64,000 nucleotides of DNA, from assembly GCA_964016885.1 (NCBI GenBank), contig OZ024748.1:42036001-42100000 (forward strand), written 5' to 3'. The notes below the pieces were generated by a model. The model was not told the origin of the DNA, did not search any database, and saw only the letters and a list, made by a program, of their open reading frames with translations. Origin of the DNA: Eledone cirrhosa. Its lineage: Eukaryota. Made by a program: the position numbers and the translations under genes. This document shows positions 27,737 to 38,850 of the stretch, one piece after another; position 1 is the first letter of the stretch, and each line of letters opens with the position of its first letter.

Positions 27737-28115
27737 TTTAGAATGTTAGTATCAGTGTATATATATATTATTAAGAATGACAATAAATGCAGGTGAGTGT
27801 TGTGACATGGTTTTACTTCACAGAAGTCAAATAAATTAATAGAAATAATGTTTACCACATGTTGATGGTCAGTTGGTCACAACTCCCAGACTGGAGTGTG
27901 TAGAGAAGAACAGAAATCTTCTCTTGGTAAGGTTCAAGTGTTTCTTTAGGCTGCCGGTGCAGGAAGTGAGAGAGATGCCTTGATGTTCTCAAATATATAG
28001 TCCCCAGGGGGACGCAACTCCATTTAGTACATGGATCTGCCACTGGGAGTCGCGACCGTCACAAAGGGACGCAACTCCTATACGTGCTGAGTTACAGCCG
28101 TAAGGGGCCGCTACA
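27737..28115 (-). repeat. 5' LTR of element B
   Basis: Minus strand reads TGTAGC...TTCTAAA, followed by the PBS. Confidence 0.9.
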
Positions 28116-29877
28116 GGCATCTGGATCTCATCTCCCAGTATACCAGTGATATTCGTCATATAGCTGGAACTGCCAACATATCCGCGGACGCACTATCTCG
28201 ACTTTCTGTGTGCTCTCTTGCGTCTCCTGCACATATTGATTTAGTTGCCATAGCAACTGACCAACCTATTTTGGATTCGTTGGACATTTCTTCTACTCAA
28301 CTTTCCTGCTGTAAGTTTGATTATTTACCTCTTCCATCCGCTGAAGGAAAAGTTCTTTGTGATATTTCTACTGGCTCACCCAGACCACTTGTTTCAGATT
28401 GTCATCAGCGTACCGTTTTTGATGCACTTCATTCCTTGTCGCATCCTGGCATAGCTGCCACGGTGAAGCTTATTACGGCTCCATTCTTCTGGCCTAATAT
28501 GCGTCGTTTAATCACCAGTTGGGCACGTTCATGCTTGAAGTGTCAGCGCTCTAAGATTTATCGGCATGTCCGCGCTCCTCTTGGGAAATTCAGCCCGCCA
28601 GACGCACGTTTCCGTCATATACACATGGATATTGTTGGTCCGTGGCCCGTTAGTCGTGGGTTCACATACATATTGACTTGTATCGGTCGTTTCTCTCGGT
28701 GGCCTGAAGCCATACCTCTCGTGGACATAACAGCAGAGTCCGTTGCCCGAGCTTTCATTTCCAATTGGATTGCTCGCTTTGGTGTTCCTACTAAAATAAC
28801 TACGGATCGTGGACGCCAATTTGAAGCTTCCTTATTTCGTGAAATATCACGACTCTTAAGTGCTCATCACATTCATACGACCAGCTATCACCCAGCCTCC
28901 AATGGAATGGTCGAGAGGTTTCATAGACAGTTGAAAGCTGCACTTCGCGTTACTCCTGATCCGCAATGTTGGACCGAATTTTTGCCAATCGTGCTTCTTG
29001 GCTGTCGTTCTGCCATTAAGACAGATTTAGGTTTTTCTTCTGCTGAACTTCTTTATGGTACCACATTGTCTCTTCCTGGACAAATGTTAGCACCAGTGGA
29101 TTCATCGCATCTTGACCCAGCATCATATGTCACCAGGATTCGTTCGTATTTCTCGGATCTTCCACCGATGAACTCTTGTGACCAGTCTATTTCTTCTGCT
29201 GTCCCATCGGACATCTCTACGTGGACACACATTTTCATACGGAATGATTCCGTCAAGGGACCTCTTACGTCACCCTACAATGGACCTTTTCGTGTGCTTT
29301 CGCACACACCCAAACATTTCACAGTGGCTGTCAACGGTCGAAAAGAAACAATATCCATTGACAGAGCAAAAAAGGCTTTCTCCGAAAGTCTCATCACACT
29401 GCTTGATACCACCTCCTACACCAACACCTTCACCGCAAACACCACATACCACACAACCTTATGTCACACGAGGTGGCAGGACGGTAAAATGGCCACAAAA
29501 ACTATCAAAAACAATATACTTCTAACCCCTAGTGGCATTAACATACCCCTTTTTTAGTTTCAGATAGAACTAGTGTCAGAAAGTATGTACACTAGTAATG
29601 GATGAACTATTTGACTTTGAAAAACATTGATTTTACCATTGAGCATCAATTTTCTCTGCTCCTTTGTATTGACTATGATTTATCAATTGTTACATTCAAT
29701 CATATTCTTTGTAAAATGCATTACTTGTTTTATGCTCATTTTTGCTATTTGCTTGCTCATGTTTTTTTTTTTATTCATTTATTCTCTTGTACCGTTTGTT
29801 TGCTCCTCATTTCTTACGGGTTCTCGCTACAATGACCTTCGATTGGTTATTCCACTTCTCGTCTGAGAGGGGAGTCT

Positions 29878-30330
29878 TGTAGCACTCTCTAGACAAGGGA
29901 AGTAGCCAGAGTTACTTCCCGTCTAAATTCTAGAACCTTTCTTGTAACTTCCATCCAAGGTATTATAAAAGAGGGAACGCAAATCCTTTTTCCTCTCTCT
30001 TGGCGGTTTTACTTCAAACTGAACACTTCGAGCACAAATATGCCAGCTCTCTTCGAACCTCATCTCATGGTTCTGGACTATACCTCGTAATGCTACGTAC
30101 ACATCTGTTTACCACACTTTTGTAACATGGACTACAAATAAATGCAAGTTACTTTTAATACACGTTTGAGAGACTGGTTACGCTTTTTATCATTACCTTT
30201 GTAGTGAGAAATAACTCTCACGAGAGATGAATTTGTAGAAAAATTCTCCTATCCTTTACTTTATTAAATTTAGTAGTTGGTATCCGGTGGTACTTACTGG
30301 AGTAAGTAACCCTGGGACTAGCTCACTAAA
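29878..30330 (+). repeat. 3' LTR of element A
   Basis: Starts TGTAGC after the PPT; ends CACTAAA. Confidence 0.9.
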
Positions 30331-30348
30331 AGGATAATGATCATGTGT

Positions 30349-30701
30349 ATATAAAGTTGTTATTTATTTCAATTGTCCAATCAAAATACTTATATTTTCT
30401 GAAAGGTAAGTACATCCGTCTAGTACCAGTGTATATATACATGTGTATATATATTAGTATTGAATGTATTTTCAAATAAAATTCGTTTGAATGTTCTAGC
30501 TTTTTCTTTTCATAGAGATTATTGACCCGACCACGTATATTGCTATACTTTGGTAGGGTCATATAGATATACATGTATTTGTTGTTCACCCGTGAGTATA
30601 TGATTAAAACAATTAACACAAAATCTCATATAAAGTTGTTATTTATTTCAATTGTCCAATCAAAATACTTATATTTTCTGAAAGGTAAGTACATCCGTCT
30701 A
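30349..30701 (+). repeat. ~73-bp direct duplication
   Basis: atataaagttgttatttatttc...ggtaagtacatccgtcta at 30349-30422 and 30628-30701. Confidence 0.8.
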
Positions 30702-30820
30702 TTAGACATTTAATGTGAAAGATGAATATGGATTTAGAATATAAAGTTGGAAATCTTATTTTAATTTATTCTCATAAAAAAACGAAAATGTCAACAATTC
30801 TATCTGTACTCTATTGAATA

Positions 30821-31116
30821 AAAACTGAAGGAGTGCTGCCACAAGTGTGTGAATCTGAGAGGGAAATATGTTGAATAAAATCATAATTAACTGATCCTCC
30901 TGTATTTTCTTTTACCTAAAGCCAGGAACTTTTCACCACTTCCTCGTATATATATATATATCATCATCATCATCATCACCCTTTTATGTCTATTCTTCCA
31001 CGTTAGCATGGGTTAGACAGGTCGTCCACTTTGCAGTGGGAGGGGGTAGAGGCATATTTTCTTTATACTTCAGCTTCGGCTTGTACCCGTGGGAAGTCGG
31101 GTCGTCTGTATTACAG

Positions 31117-31154
<38 letters not shown>

Positions 31155-31566
31155 TCTACCCCCTCCCACTGCAAAGTGGTTGTGGAGGTGCCACGGCAAA
31201 AAAGATCCCAGTCCACACTGTCAAGTGGTCGTGTAGGTGCCACGGTAAAAAAGCACCCAGTACTCACTGTAAATGAGGTTGGTGTTAGGAAGAACATCCA
31301 GCTGTAGAATTCATTCCCGTATGAGCAAGACATGGCCACCCGACCTGGCATTGCCCTCAACAGGACGACCTGTCTAACCCATGCTAACGTGGAAGAATAG
31401 ACATAAAAGAGTGATGATGATGATGATGATATATATATACGAGGAAGTGGTGAAAAGTTCCTGGCTTTAGGTAAAAGAAAATACAGGAGGATCAGTTAAT
31501 TATGATTTTATTCAACATATTTCCCTCTCAGATTCACACACTTGTGGCAGCACTCCTTCAGTTTTT
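30821..31566. repeat. Inverted duplication of a mariner-TIR + RTE-tail composite
   Basis: Arms 30821-31027 and 31363-31566 are near-identical reverse complements; an inner inverted repeat lies at ~31028-31058 / ~31148-31178. Confidence 0.85.
31438..31566 (+). mobile_element. Tc1/mariner-like terminal remnant (further copies 30821-30948 and ~36983-37085, both reversed)
   Basis: TA-CGAGG..GGTGAAAAGTTCCTGGC terminus next to TA; three copies in the window. Confidence 0.6.
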
Positions 31567-31680
31567 CTAAGAAGAGCTAGAGAAGAAATACTTATTGTTT
31601 TTTTTTCTTTATCAACCCACTGTGTGAAATTCTATATTGTGCCATCTCTTCAGTTTTTATTATATATATATATATATTTC

Positions 31681-31713
<33 letters not shown>

Positions 31714-31722
<9 letters not shown>

Positions 31723-32130
31723 TAAACAAATAATGAATAAACAATGAGACAGTTCCTTATATTAAACAAAAAAAGTTCATTATTTAACGATCGTTTCTAG
31801 GATATATATGTGTTAGAATTGGCATGCATATTCAACAGATCTATGTACAAAATTATACAAAATTATACAAACTATCAAGATTAAATATACATACCAACAC
31901 ATATATACGCCGTCTTCATTATTTCTGAAGACGGCGTATATATGTGTTGGTATGTATATTTAATCTTGATAGTTTGTATAATTTTGTATAATTTTGTACA
32001 TAGATCTGTTGAATATGCATGCCAATTCTAACACATATATATCCTAGAAACGATCGTTAAATAATGAACTTTTTTTGTTTAATATAAGGAACTGTCTCAT
32101 TGTTTATTCATTATTTGTTTAATATTTTAT
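31714..32130. repeat. Near-perfect palindrome, ~205-bp arms, 7-nt loop
   Basis: 31714-31918 is the reverse complement of 31926-32130. Confidence 0.95.
31915..32068 (+). ncRNA. Type I hammerhead-like motif with a very long stem II
   Basis: TTCATTATTT-CTGAAGA-(115 nt, self-complementary ends)-GAAA-CGATCG-TT-AAATAATGAA; 10-bp stem I, palindromic stem III. Confidence 0.55.
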
Positions 32131-32264
32131 CTTGACTCTGTATACCGTTTATCTTTCACCGAAAGTGATTTTTCATTACATCTCTTCTTTCCATGATATC
32201 CGGAATACATTGAGTTCTTCATACGGATTGGACACTACCGTAAACTCTTGGTAGATTTATCTAC

Positions 32265-32343
<79 letters not shown>

Positions 32344-32369
32344 CTACTAATAGAATCATCTTCCAATAC

Positions 32370-33020
32370 ACACATACACACACACACATACACACACAAA
32401 TAAACACACATATCCTCACTTCAATAGAAAATCTGAACTCTGACACCCCAGCGAACTAACCATATTCACTGAACCAGAACAATTCTCCCAATCCCATTTC
32501 TCTTGACCACTATCTTTCCATTGTCATAACATTCGCTATAAAAGCTACAGAATAGTTTTCCAAATAAGGGCGGAAAAATGTAATGAAAACTTGTTCACGT
32601 GACAGCCAAATTTCATTTATAACCAATCAAATCACGTTTATTAAAAAAAAGCCTTCGTGAGCCACCTTTTTTTTAAGTAAAGAAATTCAAACACATACAC
32701 ACACAACACACACACACACAAGCACACAAATAAACATACATATCTTTACTTTCTTTATTCAATAGAAAATCTGAATTCTGACACCCCAGCGAACTAACCA
32801 TATTCACTGAACCAGAACAATTCTCCCATCCCTTTCTCTTGACAATTATCTTTCACTTATCAAAAAATTCTCTAAAAAGGCTACAGAATGGATTTCCAAA
32901 TAAGGGCACAAAAATTTAATGAAAACTTGTTCACGTGACAGCCATAATTTCATTTATAACCAACCAAAAAAAAACCCTTCGTGAGCCTCCTTTTTTCAAG
33001 TAAAAAGAAATTCAAACACT
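32370..33020 (+). repeat. Diverged tandem duplication, ~338-bp unit
   Basis: caatagaaaatctgaa.tctgacacccc at 32422 and 32760; each unit carries CACGTG. Confidence 0.85.
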
Positions 33021-33580
33021 CATATATGAAAAAACAACCTGTGACCCCCCCCCCCCCCCTCTTATTTGAAGAACTATTGTAACGCGAACTGGCGCGAAAT
33101 TTATTATAATTATTGACAAACCAATCAAATTACTTCTCGAAAAACCTGGCATTTCGAGCCACTTTTTCCATATAAAACAAGTAACATTCAGAGACCAACC
33201 AGATGTGAGAAAAACCACACACCCTCCATCTCAACTCACCTTTTGAAAAGCAGAAGAACTGCGAAACCGGTAAAGGAACCAAATAAATATATATATTTTT
33301 AAAAAAAATAAGACTCCAGTTGCATTTTCGATTTCATCTCTTTTTCTTTATATATATATATATAGATATATATATAAGTATGTACACGTACATACATATA
33401 TGTATACAGACGTACAGTAGTATGTATATATATATACACATATATATATATATATATATGTACGTATAGATTCACCGAACATTTATTATAATGCTCGGTG
33501 TGTTTGTAAACAAACATCCCGTATTAAGCCGTAGTGTCTAGCAACCATCGTTGCTCGTTTGTTCAACACTGACAAAGGAA

Positions 33581-33621
33581 CGCTGTACTAGTTTCAAGCT
33601 TATTAGCTATCGTCAGCAACG
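33581..33621 (-). ncRNA. Type I hammerhead ribozyme
   Basis: Minus strand: CGTTG-CTGACGA-T-AGCT-AATA-AGCT-T-GAAA-CTAG-TA-CAGCG. Confidence 0.8.
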
Positions 33622-33992
33622 TATACCTTCCTGCCAGATTGTTGAACGTATATATACCTTATGGATATTAACGGCTGAGTAGCCCAATTTGCATATCGAG
33701 TGGGTTAATCGGCCGGGTGCACCGAAAACGATAAACGGAAAAAATGAAACGAAATTTAATTTCCCACTCTTAGTACGGCTGTTACTTAAATATAAGTATG
33801 TACACGAACATACATATATGTATACGGACGTACAGTAGTATGTATATATATATATACACACATATATATATGTACGTATGGATTCACCGAACATTTATTA
33901 TAATGCTCGGTGTGTTTGTAAACAAACATCCCGTATTAAGCCGTAGTGTCTAGCAACCATCGTTGCTCGTTTGTTCAACACTGACAAAGGAA

Positions 33993-34033
33993 CGCTGTAC
34001 TAGTTTCAAGCTTATTAGCTATCGTCAGCAACG
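33993..34033 (-). ncRNA. Type I hammerhead ribozyme
   Basis: Identical motif to 33581-33621. Confidence 0.8.
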
Positions 34034-34138
34034 TATACCTTCCTGCCGATTAACCCACTCGATATGCAAATTGGGCTACTCAGCCGTTAATATGCATAAG
34101 GTAAGTATATACGTTCAACAATCTGGCAGGAAGGTATA

Positions 34139-34179
34139 CGTTGCTGACGATAGCTAATAAGCTTGAAATTAGTACAGCG
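34139..34179 (+). ncRNA. Type I hammerhead ribozyme (stem III C>T variant)
   Basis: CGTTG-CTGACGA-TAGCTAATAAGCTT-GAAA-TTAG-TA-CAGCG. Confidence 0.7.
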
Positions 34180-34558
34180 TTCCTTTGTCAGTGTTGAACA
34201 AACGAGCAACGATGGTTGCTAGACACTACGGCTTAATACGGGATGTTTGTTTACAAACACACCGAGCATTATAATAAATGTTTGGTGAATCCGTACGTAC
34301 ATATATATATGTGTGCATGTGTGTATATATATACACATACTACTGTACGTCTGTATACATATATGTATGTACGTGTACATACTTATATTTAAGTAACAGC
34401 CGTATTAAGAGTGGGAAATGAAATCTCGTTTCATTTTTTCCGTTTATCGTTTTCGGTGCACCCGGCCGATTAACCCACTCGATATGCAAATTGGGCTACT
34501 CAGCCGTTAATATGCATAAGGTAAGTATATGCGTTCAACAATCTGACAGGAAGGTATA

Positions 34559-34599
34559 CGTTGCTGACGATAGCTAATAAGCTTGAAACTAGTACAGCG
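34559..34599 (+). ncRNA. Type I hammerhead ribozyme
   Basis: CGTTG-CTGACGA-TAGCTAATAAGCTT-GAAA-CTAG-TA-CAGCG; stem I extends through AAGG/CCTT, CTGACA/TGTCAG and GTTCAACA/TGTTGAAC. Confidence 0.8.
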
Positions 34600-34805
34600 T
34601 TCCTTTGTCAGTGTTGAACAAACGAGCAACGATGGTTGCTAGACACTACGGCTTAATACGGGATGTTTGTTTACAAACACACCGAGCATTATTTTGATAT
34701 ATATATATATATTATACAAGGATCGGAATTAGAGTATTCCGCAGTTCACAGTAATAATAATATTAGCTCAAAGAAGAACAGAGAATTTTCAACTGAGCTC
34801 AAATA

Positions 34806-34994
34806 CAAATATATTACACAGAGAGAAGTGTGTTACACAGTGAGATGTGTGTTTTGATTCTGACTTAGGGTTCTTTCTATTTAATTGCTAACCTGTAGGT
34901 GTTGTTTTCCATACAGTAACGGTTAAACCCAATGTAATAATTCTTTACACACATCTCACTGTGTAACACACTTCTCTCTGTATAATATATTTGT
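34806..34994. repeat. Inverted repeat, ~47-bp arms, ~93-bp spacer
   Basis: aaatatattacacagagagaagtgtgttacacagtgagatgtgtgt and its reverse complement. Confidence 0.85.
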
Positions 34995-35012
34995 ATATAT
35001 ATATATATATAT

Positions 35013-35155
35013 ATAACGAAGGAAATGTGGTAAGGAACCAGGTGGACCATAACGCACCAAAGTACTCAATACTTGAGGTAGTAGAGTGGGTAATAGGAAC
35101 CAGTAAGACCCCGACAGCTGAGCTCAAGCCGTTTCGACGGCTAATTCTGGACTCT

Positions 35156-35158
<3 letters not shown>
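35013..35158. repeat. Short dispersed element in (TA)n; rearranged copy at 51013-51158
   Basis: Both halves recur at 51013-51158, one half inverted. Confidence 0.75.
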
Positions 35159-35225
<67 letters not shown>

Positions 35226-35228
35226 ATA

Positions 35229-36174
35229 TGTACAGCCACCGGAAATAACATCTGTGAAATAAACAGCTCCATCTATCTGCTTAGCTAGCTACCTCACCGT
35301 GAAACAAACAACCCTTAAAGCACCAAAAAAAAATACGCCTACGCAGCGGCTAAACATCTTTAGGAAATTAGTATCGGTGTACATACAACATAATATAAAA
35401 GACAGTAAATACCGGTGTGTGTGTTATAATAAAGTTTTTACTTCATGGAAGTCAAAGGCATTAAATATAAGGATTTGTTACCCGATGGTCATAATACAAG
35501 GCTGAAGTTGGTAGGGAAAAGATGAGATCTTTTCTAGCTGGTATTGACATCTTAGGCTCTCATCTCAGGCTGCAAGTTGCATTGTTCTTGGTAACGAAAG
35601 GGTCGTCAAGAAGGAATCATCACAAGCTAGGGTCGAAGGTGTTACCACTTCAGGAATCAGGAGGCGAGAGAGAGATTTCGTGGTAAACTGCTCCTTTTAT
35701 ATCTGTTGACCGGAAGTGACCAACAGGGAGTCTGTCAATCCCAAAGGGAAGCAACTCCCCCTACTTCCTGTCTAGAGAGCGGTGATGAGTTTGTCATGGC
35801 AGGGGAGGCAACTCTTGCTACACATCAAACGATTATTTCTGTATAAATAGGGTGATTCCAAACACTTTCGCCAGTTGACCTTTGGCAGAGTCAACTCGCG
35901 TATCGTTGTTCCTCTCCTCTGCCACGCTTGTCACTCACACACGCCTTTTACCTCTGTATCGTCGCTTCATGTATGAAAATAAATAGCCGATCGAAACTAC
36001 ATCTCTCGCCTTGCTCGTCCTTTCAACTTGAGCTTTCGTCTGTTCATCCTTTCTGTATGCGACAACAGTCCTTTTAAGGGCTACCCTCAGACCGTATGCG
36101 ATAACAGTTCTTTTAAGGGCTATTCTCGGATCTGATCAGAAGTAGTGACCAGACTGACTAACCACGTCGCTACA
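35229..36174 (+). mobile_element. Probable solo LTR (TGTA...TACA) hosting a nested solo LTR
   Basis: TGTA at 35229 and TACA at 36171-36174, TATA flanks, TATAAATA at ~35842, AATAAA at ~35978. Confidence 0.55.
35359..35822 (-). mobile_element. Solo LTR related to elements A and B, perfect 4-bp TSD
   Basis: TSD CATC at 35355-35358 and 35823-35826. Minus strand reads TGTAGC...CCTAAA. Shares gctctctagacag..gaagtag with LTR A and the terminal ttagtatc.gtgta with LTR B. Confidence 0.85.
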
Positions 36175-36289
36175 TATATATACATATACCATCATCATCG
36201 TTTAACGTCCATTTTCCACGCTAGCATGGGTTAGATGGTATATATATATATATATTTATATATTGTTATACTTTGAGAGGGTCATGTTG

Positions 36290-36860
36290 CCAATAAGAAA
36301 CACACGCACCAGTTGCTTTCACTTCAATTTATTATAATAAATTTATAAATTTAGGAATTTATAAATTTCCGGTTGGTTGGTTGGTTCCACAACCAGATGG
36401 TTGTTTATATATTGTCAAAGTTCTTTCGTCACACATTCTGTGACCTCTTCAGTGACTGGGGATTCTTTTCTTTGTTTGTGTGCCTCTCCTTTGTTCTGTC
36501 CTACGCCATCTTGTTTTTGCGTGTGTTGTGTGCTTAGTTTGCGCATGTGTTACATCCGGGTGTCTGTGTGTGTTTATATTTGTTTATTTATTTGTTACTG
36601 GTTGGTTGTTTGTTCTCTGTGCGTGTGTTTTCATTTTGTCCTTAATTGTAAGTTGTGATGTTGCTGTTCCATTCATGTTTTCTATTTAATTTTGGTTGGA
36701 GTTCATTTATGTTTATTGCCTCTGTGATTTGTCTAAACATTGCGTCTTTTCTGTGTGTAGATTCTATTTTTATTTCTATGTTCTCTAATTTGCCCTTATG
36801 TTCTATTTTAGCATGTTGGTAGAGTACAGATGATTCTTTACTATCTTGAAGGTCTCGCCA
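36290..36860 (-). mobile_element. Penelope-like element remnant (GIY-YIG C-terminus + pLTR)
   Basis: ORF 36642-36896: SVLYQHA..EH...RQITEAINI..LQPKLN, typical of the end of a PLE endonuclease; a hammerhead lies downstream. Confidence 0.7.
36414..36456 (-). ncRNA. Minimal type I hammerhead ribozyme (PLE pLTR)
   Basis: Minus strand: GTCA-CTGAAGA-G-GTCAC-AGAATGT-GTGAC-GAAA-GAAC-TT-TGAC. Confidence 0.75.
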
Positions 36861-37336
36861 GCTGTTACCTTTACAGGGGAGGTAGGATTGCTGCAATAAG
36901 TATTACAAAAAGGTAGAGCTATTACCTCTAGAGGGGAGGTAGAGCTGTTACCTTTACAGGGAAGTAGGACCACTGCAATAAATGTGTGAATCTGAGAGGG
37001 GAATATGTTGAATAAAATTATAATTAACTGATCCTCCTGTATTTTCTTTTACCCAAAGTTAGGAACTTTTAGACACCTCCTTGTATATGCTAGCTTGTTT
37101 TTTTCTTCTTCTAAATAACTCCCATAATATTACTACAATCTAGCAATCAGTCCGCTCAATTCTAAAACCTGAGCAATGTTGTAGATCATTTTAGTGACAA
37201 GCTATCAAAATGGAAAGCTCAGATGGAAATTGTTTCTAAGGAAAGTATGTCAGTAAGACAAATAGCTAAGCCCCTTCACTGTCAAGACTAGATATAACCA
37301 ACTTTCACTTGTGAAATGGAAACTTCAGTATCACAC

Positions 37337-38495
<1,159 letters not shown>

Positions 38496-38850
38496 GTTTG
38501 GTGGTACTAATATATACATATTTTATATCTGTATTTTTGACCGTTGGTCAGTCAATGGTAAACATTGAGGACCGAATAAATTAACTGATATAAAAGATAC
38601 AGAAGCGAAAACCAACCGAACAGTGAATGTGTTCTGTTATTAATTCTGGCAATATTATTACAACAATATTACTCTCCCCAAGTATAACAATATATATATA
38701 TACCGATGATTTAGTCAGAGACACACACTGTATTTAAGGTCGAGTGACGCAATTTCAAGTGATTGGCGCCCTTTAGACTCACCTGATCAATGAAACAACA
38801 GTATATGGAAGGGATATATTAGGTTAATGCTTGATATAGCAAGAAGAGGG

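Larger units (their letters stand above)
23220..28115 (-). mobile_element. Ty3/Gypsy LTR retrotransposon B (CsRn1-like), nested in reverse within pol of A
   Basis: LTRs 27737-28115 and 23220-23647; minus-strand PBS TGGTGACCTGACG (27723-27735); PPT at 23648-23660. CWYH-X9-C-X3-C at ~26935-26990; RT YIDD (25578-26135); RNase H/integrase 23831-25547. TSD GGCA at 23216-23219 and 28116-28119. Confidence 0.92.
20001..30330 (+). mobile_element. Ty3/Gypsy LTR retrotransposon A (CsRn1-like), degenerate, interrupted by element B
   Basis: LTRs 20001-20424 and 29878-30330; PBS TGGTGACCCGACG at 20427 (tRNA-Trp-like); PPT gagaggggagtct before 29878. Gag 20737-21480 with C*YH-X9-C-X3-C; protease VDTG; RT YVDD (22087-22656); RNase H; integrase 28208-29557. 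Flanks GGGA/AGGA. Confidence 0.92.
33373..34692. mobile_element. Retrozyme/Penelope-pLTR-like ~412-420-bp tandem unit; two minus-strand and two plus-strand hammerhead copies, arranged head-to-head
   Basis: Period 412 bp (33581/33993) on the minus strand and 420 bp (34139/34559) on the plus strand; inversion at a GCC microhomology, 34045-34047; flanked by (TA)n; no coding capacity. Confidence 0.8.

Noticed and set aside
38738-38785. Minus-strand GAAA..GTC with GAGT/ACTC pairing
   Set aside because: The core reads CTAAAGG rather than CTGANGA and stem II does not pair; at best a decayed relic.
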